Assembly (NCBI GenBank): GCA_963743195.1
Contig: CAVUOO010000003.1
Span: 747,771 to 811,770, forward strand
From: an uncultured Gemmatimonadales bacterium
GTDB taxonomy: Bacteria; Gemmatimonadota; Gemmatimonadetes; Gemmatimonadales; GWC2-71-9
Direction: 5' to 3'
Length of the DNA stretch: 64,000 nt
In this document: in pieces, positions 20,443-30,202 of the stretch
How positions within the stretch are numbered: position 1 is the stretch's first letter
Layout: the number at the start of each line of letters is the position of its first letter
The notes under the pieces: model-generated
Seen by the model: only the letters and a program-made list of their open reading frames with translations
What the model was told of the DNA's origin: nothing
The model's database searches: none
Made by a program: the position numbers and the translations under genes

Positions 20443-21398
20443 ACCGCCACGTGCGTGAGATGCAAGAGCTCGATCATCCGGTGCATGTAGGTGTGCTCGG
20501 ACAGCGCCCGGTGCCGTCCGCCTGCGGCCACCTCTTCTGCCCACGCCCGATCCTGCAGCGCCTCGGCCGTGAGCGTGCGGAGATCGGTCGCGGTCCGTGA
20601 GACCAGGATTTCCGACCCTTCATTGAAGTGGAGGTGGAGATCGGGGCTGTCCTCGACGACCTGGGGGACACCAATCGCCGCCAGCTCGAAGAGGCGCCGA
20701 TTACATCCTGGTCCCTCCTGCTCCTCGGCGTCACCCCCGCAGGACAGGTTGATGGCCACGGACGCCCCGGCATATGCTCGAACGTAGTCCTCGTGAGCGA
20801 GCAACTCGCCCCGGCAATAGTCGCGTAGCTTCGTTCTCCGCCACCCCGGTCCCCACACCGCCAGTCCATACTCGACCAGCTCGGACAGGATCCGTTCGCG
20901 ATGCGGCGTGGCCGTTCCGGCGAACACCACGTTGGCGCGGAATCGATCGCGCGAGCGCATGGGCCGGTGAACCGAAGGGTCGCACCCCGGCGGGAGGTAG
21001 CGTACCGGGGGGCTTCCCGACTCGGCGAGAGTCGTCGCCGTTCCACTGTCGGCGATGAGGACGAGATCGAACGCCGAGGAGAGGGAGCGCACGACCGAAG
21101 GAGCACGGCAGGAGTCGCAGAACCACCCGGCCCACATCGCCTGGCTTCCACGCTTGAGCCAATCAACGAGTCCCGGCTCGAGACGACAGTCCTCGAGCAC
21201 GACCACCACGGTCGGAGCGGTGTCGGCGATGATCCGCGCGAGCCGATCCTCCAATCCCCGTCGACGAAACCGACTGAGCCATCCCTCCCCGCCGTGAGGG
21301 TCGAAGAGCGAGACCCTGCATCCCAACCGCTCCAGCGCTCTCCTCCGGAGCCCGGTGTGGGCATGGAGCGTCTCGTCGGCGGGCCCGACGAGCAGCAC
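20439..21398 (-). CDS. CgeB/DUF3880-like glycosyltransferase-family protein (second copy)
   Basis: FAGTATPHRERILSEL, NRRLFELAAIGVPQV and the C-terminal ...GGRHRALSEHTYMHRM pattern. I prefer GTG 21398 as the start because the ORF-track start 21521 would run through the upstream ABC gene end at 21406. Confidence 0.55.
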   Translation of the reverse strand: MLLVGPADETLHAHTGLRRRALERLGCRVSLFDPHGGEGWLSRFRRRGLEDRLARIIADTAPTVVVVLEDCRLEPGLVDWLKRGSQAMWAGWFCDSCRAPSVVRSLSSAFDLVLIADSGTATTLAESGSPPVRYLPPGCDPSVHRPMRSRDRFRANVVFAGTATPHRERILSELVEYGLAVWGPGWRRTKLRDYCRGELLAHEDYVRAYAGASVAINLSCGGDAEEQEGPGCNRRLFELAAIGVPQVVEDSPDLHLHFNEGSEILVSRTATDLRTLTAEALQDRAWAEEVAAGGRHRALSEHTYMHRMIELLHLTHVAV

Positions 21399-21405
21399 GG
21401 AAGTG

Positions 21406-23241
21406 TCAGAGAAGTTGGCCGACAGTGGTCGTCTCCTCGTCGCGGAACTGCATGTCGTACAACCGGCGGTAGAGACCGCCGGCACGGAACAGCTCCTCGT
21501 GAGTGCCTCGCTGAATGACACGCCCCGCGTCGAGCACCACGATCTCGTCGGCGTCGCGCACGGTCGCCAGCCGATGGGCGATCACCAGAACCGTGCGGCG
21601 GCGCATCAATCGGTCGATGGCCTGCTGAACCAGCCGTTCCGATTCGGTATCGAGGGCGCTCGTGGCCTCGTCGAGGATGAGAATCGGAGGATCACGGAGC
21701 AAGGCCCGCGCGATGGCGATGCGTTGGCGTTGTCCACCAGAGAGTCGCGTGCCGCGCTCGCCGAGGACGGTATCGTAGCCCTGAGGGAGTGCATCGATGA
21801 AGCCGTCGGCGTTCGCCGCGCGGGCCGCCGCCGCCACCCGCTCGCGCTCCGCGCCCGGGCTGCCGTAGGCGATGTTGGCGTACACGGTGTCATTGAGCAG
21901 AACCGTGTCCTGACTGACGACGCCCATGAGGCTGCGGAGCGATCGCCGAGTGAGACCGGTCAGCGGCACTCCATCCATCAATATCCGACCGCCGGTCGGA
22001 TCGTGAAACCTGGGCAGGAGATCGGCGAGCGTCGTCTTCCCGGCGCCCGATGGCCCGACGAGCGCGACGACCCGACCCTTCGGCAGAGTGAAGGACACTT
22101 CGCTGAGAACCGGATCGCCTCCGTGGTAGCTGAACGACACGTGGTCGTAGACGACCTCCCGATCGAACCGCGCCGCTACCTCGCCGGGACGATCGACTTC
22201 GGTCGGCGGCTCGTCGAGAATCTCGAAGACTCGCTCCGCGCTCCCCAGGGTCACGGCCATGACCGCCGGGTATGACGAGATGGTCTTGAGCGGGGAGGTC
22301 AGCTTGAGGGCGGCCATCAGAAACACGATGATCGCTTCCGGCGCCAACGGCGTCGAAAGCCCGATGAGACCCGGTCTGCTGCCGGCCCAGATGATCGCGA
22401 TCACCAGCAGGCCGGAGAAGATCTCGGTCAGCGGGCTCGTGAGCGACGAGTAGCGCTGCGTGCGAATGACCTGCTTCCGGTAGCGATTGGTTTGCGCGGC
22501 GAAGCGCGATCCCTCGCGCTCCTCCTCGCCGAAAGCGCGAATGAGCCGCATCGCGCCGATGCGCTCCGTAATCAGCGACGTCACTTCCGCACGCTCTCGC
22601 ATCCGGGCGCGCGAATGACCGCGCAGCCGCTTCAACAACGTCTGGAGGAAGTAGACCATCAGCGGCACGAAGGCGAGAGTGAAGATCGTGAGGCGGAGCG
22701 AGATCTGGCTCAGCACGACAAGCGTGGTGGCCACGATGACGAGGTTCTGGAACAGCGAGAGCAGCGAGGCGGTGACGACGGTCTTCGTCTGGTCGACCTC
22801 CGTAATGATGCCGGAGATCAGCGCACCGGCGCGGGTCCGTTGAAAGTAGCCGAGATCGAGGGTCAGCAGATGATTGAAGATGCGGGCGCGGAGGTCACTG
22901 ACCAGCCCTTCCTGTACCCGCACCGAGATCTGGGTCGACGCGTAGGACAGCACGTTCTTGAGCAGGAGACCGATCACCAGAACCACGACGAGCCGCCCTG
23001 CCGCCGCTCCCGGCGAGAGGCCGGCCACGAGCGGCTCCGTCAGGCGGTGAACGATCGCCTCGAGCTGCGACGATCCGGGGCGTAGGGCGCCGGCTGTGCC
23101 GAACAGATGTTTCAAGAGGGGAATGAGAATGACGAGCGTGAAGCCATCCAGCAGGGAGGCGAAAAACGTGCTGAGCAGACCAAAGGTCAGCAACCCCCGG
23201 TACGGCTTCGCGAGCTGCAGGAGTCGGAGCTCGGTCCGCAC
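21406..23241 (-). CDS. ABC transporter, fused permease/ATPase of the MsbA/lipid-exporter type
   Basis: 611 aa. Six-TM N-terminal half, Walker A GPSGAGKTT, signature LSGGQRQR, Walker B ILILDEATSALD. Confidence 0.85.
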   Translation of the reverse strand: MRTELRLLQLAKPYRGLLTFGLLSTFFASLLDGFTLVILIPLLKHLFGTAGALRPGSSQLEAIVHRLTEPLVAGLSPGAAAGRLVVVLVIGLLLKNVLSYASTQISVRVQEGLVSDLRARIFNHLLTLDLGYFQRTRAGALISGIITEVDQTKTVVTASLLSLFQNLVIVATTLVVLSQISLRLTIFTLAFVPLMVYFLQTLLKRLRGHSRARMRERAEVTSLITERIGAMRLIRAFGEEEREGSRFAAQTNRYRKQVIRTQRYSSLTSPLTEIFSGLLVIAIIWAGSRPGLIGLSTPLAPEAIIVFLMAALKLTSPLKTISSYPAVMAVTLGSAERVFEILDEPPTEVDRPGEVAARFDREVVYDHVSFSYHGGDPVLSEVSFTLPKGRVVALVGPSGAGKTTLADLLPRFHDPTGGRILMDGVPLTGLTRRSLRSLMGVVSQDTVLLNDTVYANIAYGSPGAERERVAAAARAANADGFIDALPQGYDTVLGERGTRLSGGQRQRIAIARALLRDPPILILDEATSALDTESERLVQQAIDRLMRRRTVLVIAHRLATVRDADEIVVLDAGRVIQRGTHEELFRAGGLYRRLYDMQFRDEETTTVGQLL

Positions 23242-23243
23242 GG

Positions 23244-24809
23244 TCAGCCCCGGCGCGGTGTCAGCAGCGCGATGGGAAGAATCACCTCCTCCGGAGACAC
23301 GCCACCGTGCAGAAACGCTCCCCGGTACCGAGCCTGATATTCACGCAGCTTCGTGGGGTAGACGAAGAACCGGTCGCCGGTCGCGAGCAGCAGCCGCGTG
23401 CCCGGGGTGCGAGCCGGCAGCCCGAAGCTCGGCAGGTCGTCCACGACCAGTGCCGCATCGGCGTCCTGCGCCCGCAGGTCGTCACCGAACTTGTATCGCA
23501 GGTTTGCCGTGGTATCGCGTTTGGCGAAGACCGTGGCCGGCGTGTGACAATGGATCGAGCCGTGATCGGTGGTGAGAAGAACGGGGACGCCGCGACGTTC
23601 CGCCTCCCGCAGTGCGTCCCAGAGCGGAGAGCGCTCGAACCAGGTGCGCGTGAGATTGCGGAGCGCGGATGTGTCGCGGGCCACCTCGAAGAGCGTGGAG
23701 TTCTCGGTGCGGCCGTGGGTCAGCTGGTCGATGAAGTTGAAGACGAGCGCGGTGACTCCGTCCTGAGCGAGATGGGCCGGCAGCCGCTTGAGCAGTCCCT
23801 CGCCATCCGCGGCGGTGAAGACCTTCTCGTAGTGCACCGGAACCGGCTTGCCGGTCAGCTCCTTGAGCTGCTCTATGAGGAGTTCCGCCTCGTGCGCGTT
23901 GAGACTCGCCTCCTCGTTGTCGGTCCACCACCGCGGATACCGGGCCTTGATCTCAGCGGGAAAGAGGCCGCTGAAGATCGCGTTCCGCGCGAACGGAGTC
24001 GCCGTCGGAAGAATCGAGAAGTAGTGGGCCGTCTCGATGTCGAACCGGGAGCCGATCAGCGGCCGAATCATCGCCCACTGATCGAGCCGCAGGCAGTCCA
24101 CCACGACCAGCAGGACTCGCCGATGCGACTCGAGGACCGGACGCAGAAACTCCGCGCCGATGTCCACTGAGAGCGGGGGACGATCGCTGTCGCTGTCGTG
24201 CAGCCAACCGGCGTAATTGCGCTGGAGGTATCGCGCGAAGTCCTGCCGAAGGCTTTCCTGGAGAGTTCGGAGTGCGTCCTGGAGTCCAGGCTCGTCCGCC
24301 TGGCCGAGCCGGACTTCCCATTCGGCGAGCTCGGCGACCAGCTCCACCCACTCGCGCCAGGCCAAAGGACCGCCGCGGCGCGCCTCCAGATCGCGGAATC
24401 GGGTGGCGAAGTCTCGAGACAGTCGCTGCTGGCGAATGCGATCGCCGTCGAGAAGACGGGTGACCACTGAAAGAATCTGCCGTGGGTTGACCGGTTTGAT
24501 CAGGTAGTCCGAGATGTCGGCCCCAATGGCGTCCTTGAGCGTCTCGGTCTCCTCGCTCTTGGTCACCATGACCACCGGCATGCCATGGTCGATGGACCGG
24601 ATGGCGCGGAAGAGCTCCAGGCCACGCCTGCCCGGCATCTGTTCGTCGAGCAATACGACACCGTAGGGTTGGCGCTGGAGCAGCACGAGCGCATCGTCGC
24701 CGTGCGGAGTCGTTTCCACCGCAAAGCCTTGCTCCTCGAGGAACAGTACGTGCGAGGTGAGGCTCTCGACCTCGTCGTCGACCCACAGAATGCTCTTTGG
24801 CCTGGGCAT
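23244..24809 (-). CDS. response regulator with receiver + PglZ (alkaline-phosphatase-like) domains, PorX-like
   Basis: 521 aa. REC motifs ILWVDDE, VLLDEQMPG, IKP. The C-terminal domain with VVDCLRLDQW...TTDHGS matches the PglZ layout. Confidence 0.75.
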   Translation of the reverse strand: MPRPKSILWVDDEVESLTSHVLFLEEQGFAVETTPHGDDALVLLQRQPYGVVLLDEQMPGRRGLELFRAIRSIDHGMPVVMVTKSEETETLKDAIGADISDYLIKPVNPRQILSVVTRLLDGDRIRQQRLSRDFATRFRDLEARRGGPLAWREWVELVAELAEWEVRLGQADEPGLQDALRTLQESLRQDFARYLQRNYAGWLHDSDSDRPPLSVDIGAEFLRPVLESHRRVLLVVVDCLRLDQWAMIRPLIGSRFDIETAHYFSILPTATPFARNAIFSGLFPAEIKARYPRWWTDNEEASLNAHEAELLIEQLKELTGKPVPVHYEKVFTAADGEGLLKRLPAHLAQDGVTALVFNFIDQLTHGRTENSTLFEVARDTSALRNLTRTWFERSPLWDALREAERRGVPVLLTTDHGSIHCHTPATVFAKRDTTANLRYKFGDDLRAQDADAALVVDDLPSFGLPARTPGTRLLLATGDRFFVYPTKLREYQARYRGAFLHGGVSPEEVILPIALLTPRRG

Positions 24810-24835
24810 AAGGGAAGATTAAGCCCGGGGACGAG

Positions 24836-24885
24836 ACGGAGAAAGGCGAAGGGAGAAGCGAGAGGGCCCGTTCTCCTTTCTCCGT
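24836..24885. promoter_or_regulatory. 11-bp perfect inverted repeat (ACGGAGAAAGG / CCTTTCTCCGT) forming an extended purine/pyrimidine hairpin in the divergent spacer
   Basis: Arms at 24836-24846 and 24875-24885. Further pairs inside (24848-50/24871-73, 24852-53/24868-69). Confidence 0.4.
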
Positions 24886-24897
24886 TCTCCTTTCTCC
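24870..24897. repeat. perfect tandem duplication of a 14-nt unit GTTCTCCTTTCTCC
   Basis: Copies at 24870-24883 and 24884-24897, read directly from the sequence. Confidence 0.9.
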
Positions 24898-24911
24898 TTC
24901 ATAATTCCCCT

Positions 24912-25935
24912 GTGCCTTCCACCCTTCCCACCCCCAACATCCTCGTCGTTCGCTTCAGCTCGATCGGCGACGTGCTCCTGATGACTCCGCTCCTCCGAGC
25001 CCTCCGGCGCCGCCATCCCGGCAGCCGGATTACGGTGTTGACGAAGAGAATTCATGCCCCGCTGATCGATGACAACCCGAATGCGAATGAGATCATCGCC
25101 CTCGAACCTGGCGACTCCCTGCCGTCCGTCGCCTCGCGGATCCGGTCCGCGGGGTACACTCATCTCCTCGACCTCCATGACAATCTGCGAAGTCGCGTCC
25201 TCCGGGCGCTCGCCCCAGGCCCTTGGCGCAGGTATCCCATGTACCGCGCCGCTCGCGCCCTTCTGATCCATGCGAAGCGCGATCGTTACCCGGTGCAACG
25301 ACCTGTCGCCGAACGCTACTTCGCTGCCGCACGAGGTCTCGACGTGCACCCCGACGGCGAGCCACCAGAATTCTTCCTTGGTCCACAGGCAGTGAATGAG
25401 GCGGCAACCTGGGAGCACGAGACCGGACTCGGCACGAGTCGTCCACTCGTAGCGGTGGCGCCGGGTGCGGCGCACGCCACGAAACGCTGGCCGACGGAGC
25501 ATTGGCGTATGTTGGTAGACCGCATCGTCGATTCGGGCATGCGACGTCGCCGTGGTCGGCGGACCGGCCGATCAGGCGGTCGCGGAGGCGGTCGCGGCGG
25601 GACGGGGCGAACGGAGCCGCAGCGCCGCGGGACTCTTCGGCCTTCAGGCCACCGGTGCGATACTCCGGCGAGCCAAGGCGCTCGTCTCAGGGGACACCGG
25701 CGTCATGCACATGGCCACCGGGGTGGGTACGCCAGTCGTCGCCCTGTTCGGGCCCACGGTCGAAGCCTTCGGGTTCTTCCCATACACTCGGCGAGCGGAA
25801 GTCGTTCAGCTCGACCTCGCCTGCCGTCCGTGCAGCAGTCATGGAGGGCCCGTGTGTCCGCTGGGTCACCACCATTGCCTCACGTTGGTCGAACCGGAGA
25901 TGGTGTACGCGGCGCTGTGCCGGAGCGTAGGATGA
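24912..25935 (+). pseudogene. glycosyltransferase family 9 (LPS heptosyltransferase-like), one insertion-like frame change as assembled near 25538-25543
   Basis: ILVVRFSSIGDVLLMTPLLRAL ... ATKRWPTEHW is in the frame of ORF 24585..26324. DVAVVGGPADQ...SGDTGVMHMATGVGTPVVALFGPT is in ORF 25552..25935. The GTG 24912 start is a guess. Corrected length is 341 codons. Confidence 0.75.
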
Positions 25936-26324
25936 GCGATTGGGACCCGGCTGCCACGGCACTGCTCAGTGTCCTCACGGTCACCGGCCGGGGGCCCCGT
26001 CGCGAGGGCATCTTCGCACTCTGGCTCACCGTCAGAGTCGCACAGGACCTGCTCCGCGACCCGCCCCCATCCGAGCGGGCGCATCGCAAGAGACTTCAGG
26101 CCCTGGAGCATCGGCTATCGAGCCTCACGATTCCCCCGCCCCTCCGACGCGCGTTGGTCGCGGCAATCAGTCAGCTACGGGAGGCTCGCTCGGAGACGGC
26201 GGCGCAGGTGTTGAGCCAGCTCGTCGCGCCAGCACGCGACACCGGGGGGGCGGAAGCCGGTGAGGCGCTGGCGCAAGCGGCGCGAAGCGCCCGGCTCTCA
26301 TTGCACGCAGGACGAGGCACGTGA
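25932..26324 (+). CDS. hypothetical helical protein (130 aa)
   Basis: ATG 25932 in an ATGA overlap with the GT9 stop. Ala/Leu/Arg-rich helical composition, with no motif I recognise. Confidence 0.4.
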   Translation: MSDWDPAATALLSVLTVTGRGPRREGIFALWLTVRVAQDLLRDPPPSERAHRKRLQALEHRLSSLTIPPPLRRALVAAISQLREARSETAAQVLSQLVAPARDTGGAEAGEALAQAARSARLSLHAGRGT

Positions 26325-26367
26325 TCGGGCACGCGCGAAGACCGTGACCATACAGGGGAGGGTCCGC

Positions 26368-27723
26368 ATGACGCGCGACAGTCGTGACGCCAAGGGCCCG
26401 CCAGGGCTGCCCCTCCTCGGCCATCTGACCGCCTTCCTGCCGGACAAGCTGGGATTCCTCATGCGATGCGCCGAACAGTACGGCGAGATCGTCAAGCTGA
26501 ACATCGGCGGCCCCACCTACCTGCTCAACAATGCGGACGACATCCATTACGTCCTGGTGACCAATCAGGCCAACTACACGAAAACGGATCGATTGACCAG
26601 CGGGCGGGGGCGATGGTTGTCGGGCAACGGGCTGCTGACCAGTTCGGGGCCGAGGCACCGCGAGCAGCGGCTGCTGATGCAGCCGCTCTTTCTCCAGCAG
26701 CCGATGGCCGCCTTCGAGGACCAGATCATCCTCAGCATCGAAGGAATGCTGCGGCGCTGGAAGGACGGCGCTCGAATGGATATTGCCGCCGAGATGTCCG
26801 CCCTGGCCCACGAGGTGATCGGTCGGATCCTGTTCAGCGTGGATCTTGCCGGCGAAGCCGCCGAGCTGGGCGAGGCCATTCAGGTCCGCCGCCGGTACAT
26901 CGAGTACTGGTATGGATCCCTGATCCCACGTCCGGAGCTGGTGCCGAATCGTATCAACCGGGACTATCGCAGGGCCATGCGGACTTTCGACGCGGCGGTG
27001 TACCAAATGATCCGGGCACGCCGGAAGGAGACTGCGCCGAGGGTGGATCTCCTCACACTCTTACTGCAGGCGAGATATAAAGACGGGACGGGAATGGACG
27101 ACCAGCAGGTTCGGGACGAGCTGATGATGCTTTCGATTACGGGGGCGGAGACGATCGGCGAGGCTCTAACATGGACCTGCTACCTGCTGGCCCAGCACCC
27201 GGAAGTGCAAGGACGTCTCGCGGCGGAGGTCCGTGGGGAGGTGGGAGACCGAATGCCGAAAGTCGAAGATCTCCCCCGGCTTCGGTATTGCGAAATGGTG
27301 CTGTTAGAGTCGCTCCGATTGTATCCGCCGACGTGGATCTATGTCCGCATGGCACAGGAGGACGACATCCTGCCGAGCGGTTTCGGGATTCCGCGTGGAG
27401 CCAAGCTCTACCTCTGCCAGTATGTCGTTCATCGCAACCGACGATACTTCCCCGACCCCGAACGGTTCGATCCCTCGCGTTTTACGGATGAGGCACGCCG
27501 GCCCCGGCCGAAATACGCCTACTTCCCTTTCGGCGGCGGCCCTCGTGTGTGCATCGGGCAAAGTCTGGCGATGATGGAGGGCGTGCTCGCGATCGCCGGC
27601 ATCGCAAACCGCTTTCGGATGGCGCTGCTCCCGGGTCAAACCATCATGCCGGTGCCCGGAATGACACTTCATCCGGCGGGCGAAGTACTGATGCAGCTCA
27701 GCCGGCGTTCGGACCAGACCTGA
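26368..27723 (+). CDS. cytochrome P450
   Basis: ATG 26368 preceded by GGGGAGGG. Heme-thiolate loop [16 protein letters not shown], ExxR (ESLR), I-helix-like [11 protein letters not shown]. Confidence 0.85.
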   Translation: MTRDSRDAKGPPGLPLLGHLTAFLPDKLGFLMRCAEQYGEIVKLNIGGPTYLLNNADDIHYVLVTNQANYTKTDRLTSGRGRWLSGNGLLTSSGPRHREQRLLMQPLFLQQPMAAFEDQIILSIEGMLRRWKDGARMDIAAEMSALAHEVIGRILFSVDLAGEAAELGEAIQVRRRYIEYWYGSLIPRPELVPNRINRDYRRAMRTFDAAVYQMIRARRKETAPRVDLLTLLLQARYKDGTGMDDQQVRDELMMLSITGAETIGEALTWTCYLLAQHPEVQGRLAAEVRGEVGDRMPKVEDLPRLRYCEMVLLESLRLYPPTWIYVRMAQEDDILPSGFGIPRGAKLYLCQYVVHRNRRYFPDPERFDPSRFTDEARRPRPKYAYFPFGGGPRVCIGQSLAMMEGVLAIAGIANRFRMALLPGQTIMPVPGMTLHPAGEVLMQLSRRSDQT

Positions 27724-27747
27724 GCGCGAGGCTGGTGGATTTCGGAA

Positions 27748-28179
27748 TCAGGACGTGGGCTTGGCCGGAGGAGGCGCAGCCTTCGTCGAGTCATCGAGCG
27801 TGAGGCGCGCCCCCGCCAGATCCACCAGTGTGCCCTGGCCGTCGTCGGCGCTTCTGATTCGTACCCAGAGGGGCGGCCCCTTCTGCTCGGCGAAGAGGAC
27901 GACCGCACCGTCGGCATCCTTGGCGTCGTTGATGAGTCGCCACTCTTTGGTCGCGAACAGATGCCGGTAGTACTCCTCCACCACCTTGACCTGGAACGGG
28001 GAGCGAACGGTGATCTGCAGCGCGTCGACCCCGCCCGACTTTGATACGAGCGTGGCGTTCGGAGGGAGAGGGACGTTCGGCATTACCTCGGAGAACTTGG
28101 GAGGCTTGGGCTGAGCATCCTCCCCGCACGCCGCCATGGCGAGGGCGAGCGTAAGCACTAAAATGGACTGGCGGATCAT
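27748..28179 (-). CDS. lipoprotein of unknown function
   Basis: MIRQSILVLTLALAMAAC lipobox (LAMAAC), 143 aa. Confidence 0.6.
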   Translation of the reverse strand: MIRQSILVLTLALAMAACGEDAQPKPPKFSEVMPNVPLPPNATLVSKSGGVDALQITVRSPFQVKVVEEYYRHLFATKEWRLINDAKDADGAVVLFAEQKGPPLWVRIRSADDGQGTLVDLAGARLTLDDSTKAAPPPAKPTS

Positions 28180-28328
28180 AGGCGTGAGAGACTAGCGGCC
28201 GGCCCCAATCGGGTCAAGTGTCGCGTTGCCGCAAGCGTGTGTCGGACTTATGTTTCCGCGTGCCCCCAGGGCGCCCGCAGTGGCCGTCCGCGTCTCCTCC
28301 AACCTCCTGAACGTCAAGGAGTTCGGCC

Positions 28329-29072
28329 ATGGCCGGACACAGCAAATGGAAGCAGATCAAGCGCAAGAAGGCTGTTACCGACGCCAAGCGGGCTTCCTCT
28401 TGGACCAAGGTGATCCGCGAGATCACCGTTGCGGCCAAGGCCGGTGGTGGCGATCCGGGCGGGAATCCCCGTCTCCGCACCGCGATCGACGCGGCGAAGG
28501 CGGTCAACATGCCGAACGAGAACATCGACCGCGCCATCAAGAAGGGGACCGGTGAGCTCGAGGGTAGCGTGTACGAGGAGCTGACCTACGAAGGCTACGG
28601 GCCGGGGGGCGCCGCGATCTTCATCGAGGCCACTACCGACAACGCGAATCGCACCGTCGCCGAGATTCGCCACGCCTTCAGCCGGAACGGCGGCAATCTT
28701 GGCGCGACCAACTCGGTGGCCTGGATGTTCGACCGAAAGGGTCAGATCTACCTCGACGCCACCACGCACGACGAAGACAGCACACTCGAATCGGCTCTCG
28801 AGGCCGGTGCCGAGGACTTCGCGCGCGAGGGCGATCAGTACATCGTGACCACGACTCCCGCTGCGTTCCACGCCGTGCAGGACGCGCTCCGGGCCCGAAG
28901 GCTCGAGATCGAATCGGCCGAGTTGACCATGGTGCCGAAGAACACGGTCAAGGTCGAAGGAGCCGACGCGGAACGAATCCTCCGGCTCATGGAAGTGCTC
29001 GAAGAGCTGGACGACGTCTCGAAGGTCTTATCCAACTTCGATATCGACGCGGCCGCGCTGGCCGAGGCCTGA
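28329..29072 (+). CDS. YebC/PmpR family DNA-binding transcriptional regulator
   Basis: MAGHSKWKQIKRKKA... N-terminus is diagnostic, 247 aa. The usual neighbour of ruvC. Confidence 0.9.
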   Translation: MAGHSKWKQIKRKKAVTDAKRASSWTKVIREITVAAKAGGGDPGGNPRLRTAIDAAKAVNMPNENIDRAIKKGTGELEGSVYEELTYEGYGPGGAAIFIEATTDNANRTVAEIRHAFSRNGGNLGATNSVAWMFDRKGQIYLDATTHDEDSTLESALEAGAEDFAREGDQYIVTTTPAAFHAVQDALRARRLEIESAELTMVPKNTVKVEGADAERILRLMEVLEELDDVSKVLSNFDIDAAALAEA

Positions 29073-29082
29073 GAGCGCGCCG

Positions 29083-29597
29083 GTGAAGGTGCTCGGGATC
29101 GACCCGGGGACCGCCGTGCTCGGCTACGGGGTGGTAGAGGGTGGCGCCGGGGGTCACCTCGCGTCTCGTCGAGTGCGGAACCCTCACCACGACGCCCCGG
29201 GATTCCCTGCCTGCGCGGCTCCGGGTCATCCATGATGGAATGGCGGCGCTGATCGCCCGTCACATACCGGACGCCCTTGCGGTCGAGAGCGCCTTCCACG
29301 GGAAAAACGTCCGCACAACGATCGCCTTGAGCCACGCCCGCGGCGTCATCCTGCTTGCCGCCGAAGAGGCCGGCGTCCTCATCGCTGAGTATTCGCCGGC
29401 GCAGGTGAAGAAGACGGTCGTCGGTCGCGGAGCGGCGATCAAACCGCAGGTGGGCTACATGGTCAGTCGCACTCTTGCGCCTGAGATCGGCGCCGTCGCC
29501 GAGCGATGCGGCCGACGGGGTCGCGGTCGCACTCACCCATCTGTTGGTGGCCTGTCGCCGCGAGACGTTGCTCCGGCGAACGGCGATGGCGCGATGA
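29083..29597 (+). pseudogene. ruvC: crossover junction endodeoxyribonuclease RuvC, two insertion-like frame changes as assembled (G5 run 29149-29153; ~29468-29473)
   Basis: VKVLGIDPGTAVLGYGVVEGGAGG (frame from 29083). SRLVECGTLTT...AEYSPAQVKKTVVGRGAAIKPQVGYMVSR (ORF 29141 frame). LLRLRSAPSPSDAADGVAVALTHLL...* ends at TGA 29595-29597. Corrected length is 171 codons. Confidence 0.85.
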
Positions 29598-30195
29598 TCG
29601 CGTGCATCAGCGGAGTCCTGGCAGAGCGCGAGGGCGACACGATCGTCGTGCAGACCGACGGGGGCGTCGGCTACAGTAGTCACCGTGCCCGCGGGCGTCG
29701 CGGAGCGACTGCCGCCGACCGGGGGACGGATGCAGCCTTCACACCGAGCTCGTCGTCAAGGAGGACGGTTGGTCGCTGTTCGGCTTCGACCGACCAGCGG
29801 AGCGGTTCGTGTTCCAGCGGCTGTTGGGCGCGAGCGGGTTCGGCCCCAAGCTCGCCCTCGCGCTGCTCTCGGCGCTTGGACCCGAACGCACGGTGCGGAG
29901 CATCCTGTCTCGCGATCTGGCTGCCCTGAGCTCGGTCGGGGGCATCGGTCGCAAGAAAGCCGAGCGTCTCGTGCTCGAGTTGCAGGACCGCTTTGGCGGG
30001 TTGACCTTCGAGTCTCCCGCTCCTCGAGCCGGTGGAACCGAGGATGCCGTGCGGGCGCTCGTCGGGCTCGGGTACGGACCAGTCGTGGCGGAAGATGCCG
30101 TCCGGGCGGTCCTCGACGACGGCGCGGAGCCCGAGACTCCGCAACTCATCCGGCGGGCGTTGCAGCAGCTCGCCTCCGTCCGGGGAGGACACTGA
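29594..30195 (+). pseudogene. ruvA: Holliday junction DNA helicase subunit RuvA, two insertion-like frame changes as assembled (~29674-29678; G5 run 29721-29725)
   Basis: MIACISGVLAEREGDTIVVQTDGGVGY (frame 1). VVTVPAGVAERLPPTGG (frame 2). SLHTELVVKEDGWSLFGFDRPAERFVFQRLLGASGFGPKLALALLS...GIGRKKAERL (frame 3, ORF 29809..30195). Confidence 0.85.
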
Positions 30196-30202
30196 GCCCG
30201 TG

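Noticed and set aside
23244-24809. The PglZ domain as a marker of a BREX/DISARM-type phage defence system.
   Set aside because: The PglZ domain is fused to a receiver domain (PorX architecture). No pglX methylase, brxC/brxL, or other defence genes are present in the neighbourhood.
24870-24897. The tandem 14-nt repeat as a degenerate CRISPR or minisatellite array.
   Set aside because: There are only two contiguous copies without spacers, and no cas genes.
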